From Dehalococcoidia bacterium (GTDB taxonomy: Bacteria > Chloroflexota > Dehalococcoidia > Lucifugimonadales > JAGWBF01): a DNA stretch of 64,000 nucleotides. The notes beneath the pieces were generated by a model. It was not told the origin of the DNA. It was given only the letters and a program-made list of their open reading frames with translations, and did not search any database. Positions 18,828 to 28,822 of the stretch are shown here, one piece after another. Position 1 is the stretch's first letter. Each line of letters begins with the position of its first letter. Both the position numbers and the translations under genes were made by a program. Location: positions 853,853-917,852 of the forward strand of contig OZ240207.1 in the NCBI GenBank assembly GCA_965197415.1. Direction: 5' to 3'.

Positions 18828-19535
18828 TCAGAACTGGTCCTCTGGACCGGAGTCGGTGACCAGGCTGCCGTCGACCAACTCGATGGTGCGGGAACTGAGT
18901 TCGGCAATTGCAAGGTCATGGGTGGCCACAATTACCGTTACGACTTGAGAGCCCACCACATCTCTCAAAATGGAACCTATGGTCATGGCGGTCTGTGTGT
19001 CCAACTCCCCGGTAGGTTCATCCGCGAAAATCACCTGGGGTTCTGGGGCCAAGGCCCTGGCGATGGCCACTCGCTGTTGTTCACCACCGGAAAGCTCGTA
19101 GGGCCGGTGACGGGCTCTCGAACCCAACCCCACGGACACTAGGACGTCGTGAGCACGCCGCCTACGCTCCCGCCAGCCGACTCCCCTGATGTGGAGAGGC
19201 AGCTCAACGTTCTCGTATGCCGACAGCAGCGGCATCAGCCCGAACGACTGGAAGACGAAACCTATGCTGCGTTTCCGCAGCTCGGTGAGATCTGGGTCGG
19301 ACATGGAGGCTAACTCGGCGCCCTCAAATACCACGCTTCCGGCTGTGGGGCGGTCTAGCCCGGCCATGAGATTCAGCAGGGTGGTTTTCCCCGACCCGGA
19401 ACGGCCCACCACGGCCAGAAACTCCCCGGGCAACACGTCGAGGCTGACGTTCTTCACGGCGGACACGGCCTGGTTCCCTGACCCAAAGGTGCGGGTCAGC
19501 TCTCTGGTAGAGATGAGAGCGTTCGTAGTCGTCAT
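18828..19535 (-). CDS. ABC transporter ATP-binding protein (MacB/LolD/FtsE-like)
   Basis: Walker [10 protein letters not shown], signature LSGGEQQR, Walker [13 protein letters not shown]-loop ATHD. Confidence 0.9.
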   Translation of the reverse strand: MTTTNALISTRELTRTFGSGNQAVSAVKNVSLDVLPGEFLAVVGRSGSGKTTLLNLMAGLDRPTAGSVVFEGAELASMSDPDLTELRKRSIGFVFQSFGLMPLLSAYENVELPLHIRGVGWRERRRRAHDVLVSVGLGSRARHRPYELSGGEQQRVAIARALAPEPQVIFADEPTGELDTQTAMTIGSILRDVVGSQVVTVIVATHDLAIAELSSRTIELVDGSLVTDSGPEDQF

Positions 19536-19634
19536 CTAGTCCGGCTCCCTTGTCGACAGACACGGGCCAATTCTACGTTTTGGCATTCACGCATCCCGGA
19601 CCTGAGTCCCGACCTACGATCCAGTCGATCCAAT

Positions 19635-20024
19635 TTATATTCCCCCACGGGGACGATTGATGAACTCATGGCCACGCAGGACCCATCCGACAAAAAATCC
19701 CACCGAGGCCAAACCACCATATATCAGAGTGAGTAGCACGGTATATGAAATGGGCTCAACGTCAGAATCGACCCCGTAAACTGCAAACCCCACGCTGAGA
19801 CTCGCCAGCACACTGGCGGGGAAAAGCACGATTTTACTAAGCCTGGGCGACAACCAACCTGCCAGGAACGGAATTGCCCCTAGTAACACTATCACAACCG
19901 GCACGTAAACCCAGGCGCCGAAGGGAAGGTCGTTCACAATAAAGGTCGCAGCGAAACCGGCTCCCACAATCGGAGCCAGCACGAACGGCGCCCTGGAAAA
20001 GCCTTTATGGAAAGCCGTGGTCAC
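19635..20024 (-). CDS. small integral membrane protein (about 4 TM)
   Basis: 129 aa, hydrophobic throughout, sitting between the two ATPase genes. No family recognised. Confidence 0.5.
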   Translation of the reverse strand: MTTAFHKGFSRAPFVLAPIVGAGFAATFIVNDLPFGAWVYVPVVIVLLGAIPFLAGWLSPRLSKIVLFPASVLASLSVGFAVYGVDSDVEPISYTVLLTLIYGGLASVGFFVGWVLRGHEFINRPRGGI

Positions 20025-20150
20025 TCCACCCTCGCAGGCGCTGCATTTTTCATCTGGTCGCTCACCTGTGTCCGAGCGGTCTTATCACCTAACACTGGTC
20101 TTCCCTATCCAGAACTTTCCGGTCCCGACTGACATTGAGACCAAGCCGAT

Positions 20151-21137
20151 TCACGACAGAGTCTCCGGCTCGTTCCGGGAAGCCGCCTCTCCGGTTACTG
20201 GTCTTATGGTGACCTGTTCTTCGTCGACCTGGGCTGTGACCAAGCGGGCCGACCTGAAGCGGTCGGAGTACCCTTGAGGAAGCTGAAGACGCCCCGCGCG
20301 GTCCACGACGAGATATTCCTGCTCGACCCTTTCCCCTGATCTCTGGTACGTCAGATGCATATAGGTCTCGGAACTGATTCGCCCGTCCCTGATGTGCAAG
20401 ACCCGGTCCACGGCCTCTGTCACCCCGGGGTGGTGGGTGACTATTATTACAGTGACGCCGTAGTTGCGGTTCATGCTTCTCAGCAGCTCTATGACCTGGG
20501 TTCCCGTCTGGTTGTCCAGCTCACCCGTAGGCTCGTCCGCCAAAATCAACGGAGGCTGAGTGGACATGGCTACTCCGATGGCCGCCCTCTGCTGCTCTCC
20601 TCCGGAAAGCTCGTGAGGCAGCCTGCGAGCCTTGTCGCCGATTCCCAAAGCTTCCAACAACTCCCTAACCCGCCTTCTCCGGGCTCCTCCTTCCACTCCG
20701 GCGATAGCCATAGGCAGCTCAAGGTTCTCCTGCACGTTTAGATAGGGGGCCAGGTTTCGTCCGGTCGCCTGCCAAACGAAACCCACTTCCAGTCTTCGGT
20801 ATATCACCAGTTCCCTGTCCGAGATGTCCAGCAGGTCCCGGTTCCCGACCCTCACCTGACCGGCTGAGGGCCTGTCCAGCCCCGACAGAATGTTGAGCAG
20901 GGTGCTCTTGCCGCTTCCGCTGGTCCCTACGATGCCTACCATCTCACCGGACCGGACCTCGACGTCCACTCCCCTCAACGCCACGACTTCCAGGTCAGCC
21001 CTCTTGTATATCTTGAACAGGTCCCAGCACTCAATGTACGGGCTGTCGGCGGCCATCAAAGGGTCCTGCGCTTCCCGTCCACGGGCCGCGTCCAAATCAG
21101 CCGTACGAGTGTTCCTGCCGCGGTTTCTCATTCTCAT
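20151..21137 (-). CDS. ABC transporter ATP-binding protein with about 90-aa C-terminal extension
   Basis: Walker [29 protein letters not shown], then a tail containing EYLVVDRAGRLQLPQGY. The real start may be MAADSPYIE (21056). Confidence 0.85.
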   Translation of the reverse strand: MRMRNRGRNTRTADLDAARGREAQDPLMAADSPYIECWDLFKIYKRADLEVVALRGVDVEVRSGEMVGIVGTSGSGKSTLLNILSGLDRPSAGQVRVGNRDLLDISDRELVIYRRLEVGFVWQATGRNLAPYLNVQENLELPMAIAGVEGGARRRRVRELLEALGIGDKARRLPHELSGGEQQRAAIGVAMSTQPPLILADEPTGELDNQTGTQVIELLRSMNRNYGVTVIIVTHHPGVTEAVDRVLHIRDGRISSETYMHLTYQRSGERVEQEYLVVDRAGRLQLPQGYSDRFRSARLVTAQVDEEQVTIRPVTGEAASRNEPETLS

Positions 21138-21167
21138 CTCCAGTCAGATGCGGCTGTCGCCATCGTG

Positions 21168-24100
21168 CTACGCCTCTCCGATCCTAAGGACTCTTTGCAC
21201 CTCGACTCGTCCATTCAACCAGAACGACCATGCTAGGGATAGGGCCGTAACCCCTACGAGGGCCAGAGACAGTATAAGGAGCGACAACGAATTCGTCTTG
21301 AGGGTCATAGGCGGAACGATTCGCGTCCCTTGTTCCGCCACTTCCAACACCGGCAGCAAACCCACTCCCATCCACACCCCGGCTAGAGTTCCAAGCCCCA
21401 GGCCCAACGCCACTATTAGAAGCAAGTCGAACCATGCTACAGCGTTTATCTGGAGATTGGAGAAACCGATGGCACGAAGCAATGCGAATTCGGTCTTCCT
21501 TTCCTGGATATTCACATAGCAAAAGAGCATCACAGCCGTAGCGTTGACCAACAACAGAGCCATGAACATTATCGACAACATGCCGCCCCATCCGGCGTTC
21601 ACCAAGGGTTGGTCAAGACGCTCCTCTACGATGTCCGCTGCAACGTGAGTTTCCACCACTCTAATTCCAGAGCTTTCCAGGAGGGCGGCTGCTCCGTCGG
21701 CGTAATCACCGCTTCCGTCCAGACTCATCCACAACTCGTTGCTGCCGCCCACCAGGTTCCTTGCATGTAGGTTCACGTAGTGGTTGAGGGCCGCCAAGTC
21801 AACTACGACAAAAGGCGTCTTTTCTGGGTCCTTCATAGTCGGGAAATACTCGACAACGCCGGTGATCTCTATGGGAAAGGCCGTGGTGAGTCCAAAGACG
21901 CCAACCCGGTCTCCCGGTTCGGCCTCGGCCACGTCCAGGAACGAACTGCTCACCAAGGCTGGAATGGGAGGCTCACCGGCTCCGGTCTTGACACCTCGAA
22001 TTCCCGTTCCTCCTGGGGACCAGGTGAACCTGGCGGAGCTTTGCCTGCCGTCTCTTGCCGCCGCCTTAGTCTCTTCCAGATAGTAGAGGCCCGGTTTGGA
22101 ATAGTCATCCAGAGCGTGCCACTGTTCTACCGACTCGAAAGAATCGAGAACTTGCTCTCCTCGAGAGGTTGTCACCGCAAAATCGCTCAACAGCAGACTC
22201 CCTGACCCGGATGAGCTTCCGAACCCGGACGTGGAACCGTGGATGGCCAGCGCACGGTAGGGCGGGACAACGTGAGGCGGCGGTATTCTGTTCCTGGAGC
22301 TCCGGCCCAGCACCACTGGAGATATCGGGGCTTGCAGCTTCATCCAGCCAGTGAAGTCCAGCCTCCCCAATTCGGTGTCGAAATAGGTTCCCCTGGAATC
22401 CTGGAGGCGCACATAGAGCCGGTTTCGCGTATCGGGTCTCGTGCGGTTGACCCACAGGGACAGACCGGAAGCGTCTTCGGGCAAAGGGATTCCGCTGTCG
22501 TCCAGACCCAGGGACCCCGTGGCGGACCTGAGAATGCTAAGGGCATCCTTCAAGTCTCCTTCTCTTGAGAAGTCGGACCTTTCCCAGACCACCTCTCCAA
22601 TTCTCTCTGAGTCCACCCCAATGATGGCCAGATTGCCCGTGTTGAACCCGGTGGTTAGAGGACTCCCAGAGGTGCGCTTGACCTCCGCCGCTTCGACCAA
22701 TCCGTCCACCCCCTCCACGGCCTCCGCCAGCCCCAGCGTTGGCCGGTATTGCCGGGAAACCGTATATTCCAGCCTGAGGTCGGCTCCCGACTCGTAGAGT
22801 CCTCGGTCACGCTGGCTGCCCTCCAGAGTGGAACTGAAAGAGCTTCCCAGGACGCCCAACGCGACGCCCATTATCAGCAGTACGACCATCGAGCCGGGGA
22901 CTATTGGGTCTCTGGACACATGCCTCATAGCCTGCAAGAGCCAAGGGGGTGCAACGGGCTGCATCAAGTTTGCAGCCAAGCTGAATGCCATCGGCAGGAA
23001 ACGCATCACAATCAAGGCGAAAGCGATCAGACCCAACACGGGTCCAATCAGGAGCGTAAAGTCAATCGCGGCGCCGTCAGGTCCTATGGACCGCACCAGC
23101 ACAGTTTCTCTTGTCTGAAGCTGCCACCAGAGAAGGCCTATCAACACCAATAGGAGCAGGTCCAGATAATAACGGTGGATAAAGGGCACACTTGGAGGCC
23201 GGGCGCCTGTTTGGCGCAGCTCAACTATGCCATGTCGGGCCGCCATTACGGAGGCGATGGTGAAAACACTTACGGCCATCAAGGCGCCTGCCAAACCCAG
23301 CAGAATGGCCCCGGTTGATAGGCTTGTGGCCGGAAGTTCTCCACTGACTCCCACGTCAAAGAAAAGTCCTCCCAACGCCCGGGACACTCCGACACCAAGG
23401 GCCAATCCCACCACCAATGCCGGCCCTGCCAGCAACAGCCCTTCCACGGCAGCCAGCGTCCCTATCTGAAGACTGGTTGACCCGCGGCTTTTCATCAGGG
23501 AAATTTCGTTGGAACGGGACTTTACGATTAATCCCGTCATAAGCGCCATGAAATATATGAGGATGACTGTGACCAGGAACACTAACAGGAACAGAGGAAC
23601 CCTGGCCAGAAGCAGCCTCTGTTCATAGCGGTCCAACACGTCGTCCAGCGTGACGCGGATGGAGCCGTTGGGAACATTGGCCGGCACGTCGAACTGAAGA
23701 CTGGCAAGCATTCTCTGCAGCTGACCTACCTCATTGGCTGTGACGCTCTGTCTGTCCAGGAAGTAGAACCATATGGTGTCGAACTGGAGGCCAGGATATG
23801 CCCCCGCTGCGATATTGGTGATGGCGGGTTCCGAGGTGAACATGTGCACCATCGGGAATTCGTTCCTGGTCGAGTTGAAAGCGTAGGTGTTCCCGTACCA
23901 GAACTCATCTTGTAGGTCCAGCGCCTTGAAAACTCCGACTATCTCCACCGCAACCGGAGCCTTTTTAGTGTTTCCTGACGCCGGAAATATCTCCATTCTG
24001 TCGCCAACGTCCAAGTCCAAGATCGAGGCTCCCTCCTCCTCCAGAGCAACCTCCAGGACTCCGTCATCACCGACGCCTCGAGAATTGGGCCGTTCGCCCC

Positions 24101-24575
24101 TGAGCAGTTCCACTCTGTCGGCAGCCCTTCCGGGCGGGTTGTCGAGCATACCCTGCAAATACTTGAGCCGTCCCCGGGGTCGCACTTCAAACTCCAACTC
24201 CAAATGCGGATGGCCCTGGAACAGGAAAGTGATGGTCTCGACCATGTAGACCTGCTCCCTGGTGTACTCGTCCAGCCGCCGGGTGACTCGTCCTTGCACC
24301 GTGTCCAAGGTCTTTTCGTAGACGGTGTCGTCCCTTGAGATAAACGCCGGGTCCTCCAGGTTGTTGAATGCTCGCACGGAGATGTTCGCCTCCTCTGGGG
24401 AAGCTTCCTCCAGGGTTTGTCGGAGGGCCACGTCAGCCAGCAAATCTGAGAAGACGACGCCGCTGGACATCAGGGCCACCGCGGCGGTGATGCCAATCAA
24501 GAGAGCCAGTTCAAGCTTCCAGCTTGAGATAATCCTGCGCACCGAGATTATGTATGCCAGCTTGAGGAACGACAT
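21168..24575 (-). CDS. giant FtsX-family ABC permease (1135 aa, two FtsX TM modules, two large extracytoplasmic domains)
   Basis: N-terminal TM, an exo-domain of about 300 aa, an FtsX-type TM bundle, further TMs, a second exo-domain of about 400 aa, and a C-terminal FtsX bundle. Shares the RYYLDLL..WWQ motif with its neighbour. Confidence 0.8.
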   Translation of the reverse strand: MSFLKLAYIISVRRIISSWKLELALLIGITAAVALMSSGVVFSDLLADVALRQTLEEASPEEANISVRAFNNLEDPAFISRDDTVYEKTLDTVQGRVTRRLDEYTREQVYMVETITFLFQGHPHLELEFEVRPRGRLKYLQGMLDNPPGRAADRVELLRGERPNSRGVGDDGVLEVALEEEGASILDLDVGDRMEIFPASGNTKKAPVAVEIVGVFKALDLQDEFWYGNTYAFNSTRNEFPMVHMFTSEPAITNIAAGAYPGLQFDTIWFYFLDRQSVTANEVGQLQRMLASLQFDVPANVPNGSIRVTLDDVLDRYEQRLLLARVPLFLLVFLVTVILIYFMALMTGLIVKSRSNEISLMKSRGSTSLQIGTLAAVEGLLLAGPALVVGLALGVGVSRALGGLFFDVGVSGELPATSLSTGAILLGLAGALMAVSVFTIASVMAARHGIVELRQTGARPPSVPFIHRYYLDLLLLVLIGLLWWQLQTRETVLVRSIGPDGAAIDFTLLIGPVLGLIAFALIVMRFLPMAFSLAANLMQPVAPPWLLQAMRHVSRDPIVPGSMVVLLIMGVALGVLGSSFSSTLEGSQRDRGLYESGADLRLEYTVSRQYRPTLGLAEAVEGVDGLVEAAEVKRTSGSPLTTGFNTGNLAIIGVDSERIGEVVWERSDFSREGDLKDALSILRSATGSLGLDDSGIPLPEDASGLSLWVNRTRPDTRNRLYVRLQDSRGTYFDTELGRLDFTGWMKLQAPISPVVLGRSSRNRIPPPHVVPPYRALAIHGSTSGFGSSSGSGSLLLSDFAVTTSRGEQVLDSFESVEQWHALDDYSKPGLYYLEETKAAARDGRQSSARFTWSPGGTGIRGVKTGAGEPPIPALVSSSFLDVAEAEPGDRVGVFGLTTAFPIEITGVVEYFPTMKDPEKTPFVVVDLAALNHYVNLHARNLVGGSNELWMSLDGSGDYADGAAALLESSGIRVVETHVAADIVEERLDQPLVNAGWGGMLSIMFMALLLVNATAVMLFCYVNIQERKTEFALLRAIGFSNLQINAVAWFDLLLIVALGLGLGTLAGVWMGVGLLPVLEVAEQGTRIVPPMTLKTNSLSLLILSLALVGVTALSLAWSFWLNGRVEVQRVLRIGEA

Positions 24576-24580
24576 GCTTT

Positions 24581-27500
24581 CTATTGCCCGCTCCGAAGAG
24601 CTTCCGTCTGGTCCAGCCTGCCGGCCATCAGGGCTGTAAACAACACCGCCGCCGCCAGCACGATTCCCAAGTCCACAGCCAGAGCGGTCATTAGCAGCCC
24701 GTCATAGGTGGTTATCATTGGAGGAAGTATATCGCGGCCCGTGAGTGTGGTGTCCAACAACCCCAAGGTCCATCGGCTTATTCCGTAACCCAGGGCCGCT
24801 CCCATCCCCACCGCCAAAACGGCGCTCAACAGCCGCTCCACTGTCAGAGACATTATCAACTGCCTGCGGGAGAACCCCAAAGCTCTGACCACCGTCAAGT
24901 CAATCTGGGCAGTGCGCACCGACACCGCGGCGAAGATACCCAGAGCCAGCGCAACCGCCAGGGTCAACGACGATAGGCTAACCAGGGCCAGGGAATTCCA
25001 TCCCCCTCCTTCGAGGGGATTGCTGGCAGCCAGCTCCTCATAGGCCCGGCTGTCCCTGATGCGCACCGAACCCGATAGTCTGCTGACGTTCTCCGCGTTA
25101 ATTGATTCGATAATGGAGCCCCTGGGGGTTGAGGAATCAAGGCCCAGCCACAGCTCATTCGGACGGGGCAGGCGCTTGCCGTTGGGCATCCGGCTCACCA
25201 GGCGGTCATAGTCCCGATGGGACACAATCAAAAAGGGGCTTAGTCCGGGGTCCAGGGTCGGGAAGTAACGAGCCGTTGCCCTGATGTCCAGCGTCAACAG
25301 AGGCTCGTTTGCCCAGATGCGTTGGTGCTGGCCCACGACATATCCGGGCCCTCCGATCGCAGGCAGCGGGTACACGCCAGGCGGTATGAATATGCCCTTC
25401 GGCGGCTGTCCCATAGAGCGCGCCCAGGCCAGCCTAATTCCCTGCGCGCCGCTCCTGGCAGCTCTATCAGACAGAGTCATCACGTCTGGTTCTCGAACCG
25501 CATTGGGAAGAAGACGCCACCCAAGAGTGGTCAACTCAGACTCGAACCCTTCGATCACAAGCCCGTCCGGCCCGCCAACACCAGGCCCTTTGGCCGTGAC
25601 GTCGTCAAGGTGAACGACACCCCCTGGAGTCTGGGTTGCTGATCCCCTGTTGGGCAACGTCGCGAATATAGACACCAGCCCAAAGGGTTCCCGGAATTTC
25701 TGCACCGAAGGGAGGGAACCTTCCAGAAAGGTCCAGCCAGCGCCGGGAATCAGGCGCCCTTCCTCCCCCTCCACGGACTTGTCGTACAGTATCAAGCTGT
25801 GGTGAATCCCAATCGAGTCAGAGACCCTGGCCCATATCGTGATTTGCGAGTGGTCTTCCCTAAGTTCGCTGCCGTCGACCCATACTCCAATCGTCTCAGC
25901 GCCGAGCGGGACAGTCACCGAATCCATCTCCGGCGTCTCAGTGGTCCGGATCGACGACATCAGACCTTCCAGGCTATCGTCGGCGAAATCGCTCCTGAAC
26001 CAGGCTGTTTTCGGCAGGGTGGCGGGGTCAACTGCCACCAACGTGGCGCCGGATCGGGTCACCCTGTCCGCCATACGCACAGGGAACCAGGAAAACGGAC
26101 TGACAGCCTCGACCCCGTCCAAGGCAGCCAGCGAATCGACGGTCTCCTGGTGGAAAGCGCCTGGATCTATCAGCGCCAGGTCTCCTCCAGACCGGTACAG
26201 GGACTGGTGACTGGAACTGCTGGCCACGGTTGACTGGAAAGTGGCGGCGAACACTCCCACCGCCGCGGCAACCATCAGCATAATAAAGACGGCGCCGTAG
26301 GGCACGGGATCACGCGCCGCCCTCCGGAGCGCGAAGTCCACCCATGCCGGCGCCGCAACGCTGCTCAGCCAGGCAGCAAAACGGTACAGGAAGGGAACGA
26401 GCCGGAAGGTAAAGAGGGCTGCCCCGAGGAGCAGCAACACAGGACCTAGACGCAGAGTGAGATCGCCTTCCAAGGCGCCGCTCAGCACGTCTCTCTCCAG
26501 AAACCCGCCTCTCTGCTCTATCTGCCACCAGAGGAACCCCACGACTACCAGGACCAACAAGTCCAAGTAGTAACGCTGCACGATGGGCTTATCAGGGGGC
26601 CTGGAGCGGAATCTCAGGAACTCCACCAGTCCGATCCTCGCCAGTCCAGCCCCTGTAACGGCTATGACAACCAGGCTCAGGACGCCTCCTAATGCGCCGA
26701 TTAGGTACATGTCCTTGCTGAGACCCACGGGGATGGTCCGCCCCAACCCCGCAGGGTCGATGCCCTCCGCCAGCAAGAATTTCACCAGCGCCCAGGCAAT
26801 CAACGGTCCAAGGGCCATGGCCGCCAGGACCAGCCCTACCCCTTCTGCGGTCAGCAGCCCAACCAACTGCTTACCGCTGGCTCCGCGGCTCTTGAAGAGA
26901 CCCGCTTCAGCCGACTGGATGCGGGCCACCGAACTTAGTGTCACAGCCAGAAAATAAAGAATCACCAACCCCACCATGGAGACGAACAAGAAAATGCCCA
27001 CCCTGGCTTCCAACAGCTCTACCTGGAATTCCTGCAGCGTGGTATCCAGGGCGGTTAGCACCAGGGTCCTTGGATAGCTCTTGTTGAGATCCGTCTCCAG
27101 GTTGAACAAGGCGTCTATCGTGGGTTGCACCAGTGATGCGTCAATCAGACCTCTTTCCACATCGTAGAGCCACGAGAAATTGCCTACCAATAGAGGGAAT
27201 CTCTGACCCAAGCCCTGGAAAAAGTCGCCCTCTCTGATGACCACCGGGACTATCGACGGTCCGAAAGGTGGGTTGACAATATTGAAGTAGGTGGAAGACT
27301 GGCCCGCCCAATACTCCTCGCGAGCGTCCAGAGGCTCGGCGATTCCGACGATGTCCAAAGTTAGTCCTTGGGACGGATCGAATGCGAAGGGCAAGAGGAA
27401 CACCTTAGTCCCAACATCCCATCCGAGTCTGGTGGCCACGTCGACTCCGACAACCGTTTCAATCTCCAGGCCGCCGTCGTGGGCTGCGGGGGCTTTCGAT

Positions 27501-27949
27501 GGCCACCTGCCGGCGGTAAGCCTGGAATGGTTCTCGATGTCCGTCAGGAAATAGACCTGGCCTACCGGGCCGCCCTGAGAAGGTGGGGTCCCGTCAAGGG
27601 CCTGAACGAAGGGCAAGTCCGGTGTGGTGCGTCCGCTCCGCTGGTGACCGTCGGCTAAAGCGTACCCCAAGGCGACGGCTGTTCCGTCTTCTATAGTGGA
27701 ACGGAGAACAGGGTAGTCAGTGGGCTCCAGAGGCCTGTTCTGGGCGATGATATGGAGGTTGATGGATATGGACGGAGTAGTCTCCAGCGCGTAAATCAGG
27801 CCGCCTTCGGCCAGAGCGTTCGAGTGCCCTGCCCCTACGGCCATGATTGTCACCGACGCCAGAGCGCCAAAACCAGCCACCGCCAACAACATCCACGAGG
27901 ACTTGAGGCGCTTGGGCAATAGCCATAGTAGAACTTTCAGCGAACCCAT
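24581..27949 (-). CDS. giant FtsX-family ABC permease (1122 aa), paralog of 21168..24575
   Basis: Same architecture as its neighbour (QRYYLDLLVLVVVGFLWWQ; C-terminal TVVRALGFSRRQL FtsX motif). 5-nt gap to the next permease gene. Confidence 0.8.
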   Translation of the reverse strand: MGSLKVLLWLLPKRLKSSWMLLAVAGFGALASVTIMAVGAGHSNALAEGGLIYALETTPSISINLHIIAQNRPLEPTDYPVLRSTIEDGTAVALGYALADGHQRSGRTTPDLPFVQALDGTPPSQGGPVGQVYFLTDIENHSRLTAGRWPSKAPAAHDGGLEIETVVGVDVATRLGWDVGTKVFLLPFAFDPSQGLTLDIVGIAEPLDAREEYWAGQSSTYFNIVNPPFGPSIVPVVIREGDFFQGLGQRFPLLVGNFSWLYDVERGLIDASLVQPTIDALFNLETDLNKSYPRTLVLTALDTTLQEFQVELLEARVGIFLFVSMVGLVILYFLAVTLSSVARIQSAEAGLFKSRGASGKQLVGLLTAEGVGLVLAAMALGPLIAWALVKFLLAEGIDPAGLGRTIPVGLSKDMYLIGALGGVLSLVVIAVTGAGLARIGLVEFLRFRSRPPDKPIVQRYYLDLLVLVVVGFLWWQIEQRGGFLERDVLSGALEGDLTLRLGPVLLLLGAALFTFRLVPFLYRFAAWLSSVAAPAWVDFALRRAARDPVPYGAVFIMLMVAAAVGVFAATFQSTVASSSSHQSLYRSGGDLALIDPGAFHQETVDSLAALDGVEAVSPFSWFPVRMADRVTRSGATLVAVDPATLPKTAWFRSDFADDSLEGLMSSIRTTETPEMDSVTVPLGAETIGVWVDGSELREDHSQITIWARVSDSIGIHHSLILYDKSVEGEEGRLIPGAGWTFLEGSLPSVQKFREPFGLVSIFATLPNRGSATQTPGGVVHLDDVTAKGPGVGGPDGLVIEGFESELTTLGWRLLPNAVREPDVMTLSDRAARSGAQGIRLAWARSMGQPPKGIFIPPGVYPLPAIGGPGYVVGQHQRIWANEPLLTLDIRATARYFPTLDPGLSPFLIVSHRDYDRLVSRMPNGKRLPRPNELWLGLDSSTPRGSIIESINAENVSRLSGSVRIRDSRAYEELAASNPLEGGGWNSLALVSLSSLTLAVALALGIFAAVSVRTAQIDLTVVRALGFSRRQLIMSLTVERLLSAVLAVGMGAALGYGISRWTLGLLDTTLTGRDILPPMITTYDGLLMTALAVDLGIVLAAAVLFTALMAGRLDQTEALRSGQ

Positions 27950-28057
27950 GACGTGTGAGCATCAGAGTAACCCGTATCCATGCGCGTAGGGAAGGGGCAA
28001 GACACTCGTCTTGGGACGCATACGAATATTGGCGGCAGCCGCCCTGGCTTCCTGGGC

Positions 28058-28555
28058 CTATTCGCCCTCGGCAGTCCGTTTTCGCGGAAAGACATGACTT
28101 CGAGCGGCCCGGGCCTCGGCGGCTGCTTTCAATCTCGCCATATGGTCTTGGATGATGGAGTTGTACTTCGAACGGGCGTAGGTCAAGGCGATGAGCCAAC
28201 CTACTCCTGGCAGAAACGGCGCCTTGTATTCTATAACACCCCAATAGCTGAGTCGGCAGCCATCGTCTGTGTCCTCAAGTGTAAAGGCCTCTTCCGAAAA
28301 GCTTAAGGGGCCTTCGAGGTGTTGGTAGGTGATGCGTTCAGGAGGGTAGAGGACGACCCGTTCAACGGTGCGATAGACCTTGGACCCCGACGGAGTAAGG
28401 AATTCTGCAATGATTTCGCCGCCGTTTCGTTCTACGACCCGCGAAGACTCGTTCCCGCCCGGCAGACTGCCCTTGCCGATGGCGCTGAGCATCTGGAAGA
28501 CCAACTCCCTGGGAGCGTCGATAAAGATTTCCTGAGTTTTTAGGCTAACCTTCAT
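28058..28555 (-). CDS. SRPBCC (START/polyketide cyclase-like) family protein
   Basis: 165 aa. IDAPRELVFQMLSAIGKGS.. N-terminus and length fit the SRPBCC ligand-binding fold. Co-directional with the FtsX operon, 108 nt upstream of it. Confidence 0.55.
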   Translation of the reverse strand: MKVSLKTQEIFIDAPRELVFQMLSAIGKGSLPGGNESSRVVERNGGEIIAEFLTPSGSKVYRTVERVVLYPPERITYQHLEGPLSFSEEAFTLEDTDDGCRLSYWGVIEYKAPFLPGVGWLIALTYARSKYNSIIQDHMARLKAAAEARAARSHVFPRKRTAEGE

Positions 28556-28822
28556 CTAAATCAGCGCCGGTCGTGGAAGGGTAAGGCAAGAAGGATGTAA
28601 GGGAAGGAAACAACTAGGTTAGGGCTTAGTTTCCCTTCATTGTAACCTTTGCAGCAATAGGTGCGACGGGCAATGAAACGTGTTAGCCGAAATAATCGAG
28701 CCAGCGGGACGGCTGGTGGTATAGAAGAGGTTGGGGAGCCGTCCCGCCGGCGAAACACCCAAGCCGGAGTGAAATGGGTGGAGTTGCTCCGGCTGGTAAC
28801 GTTACTCGACCTGAAAGAGGAC

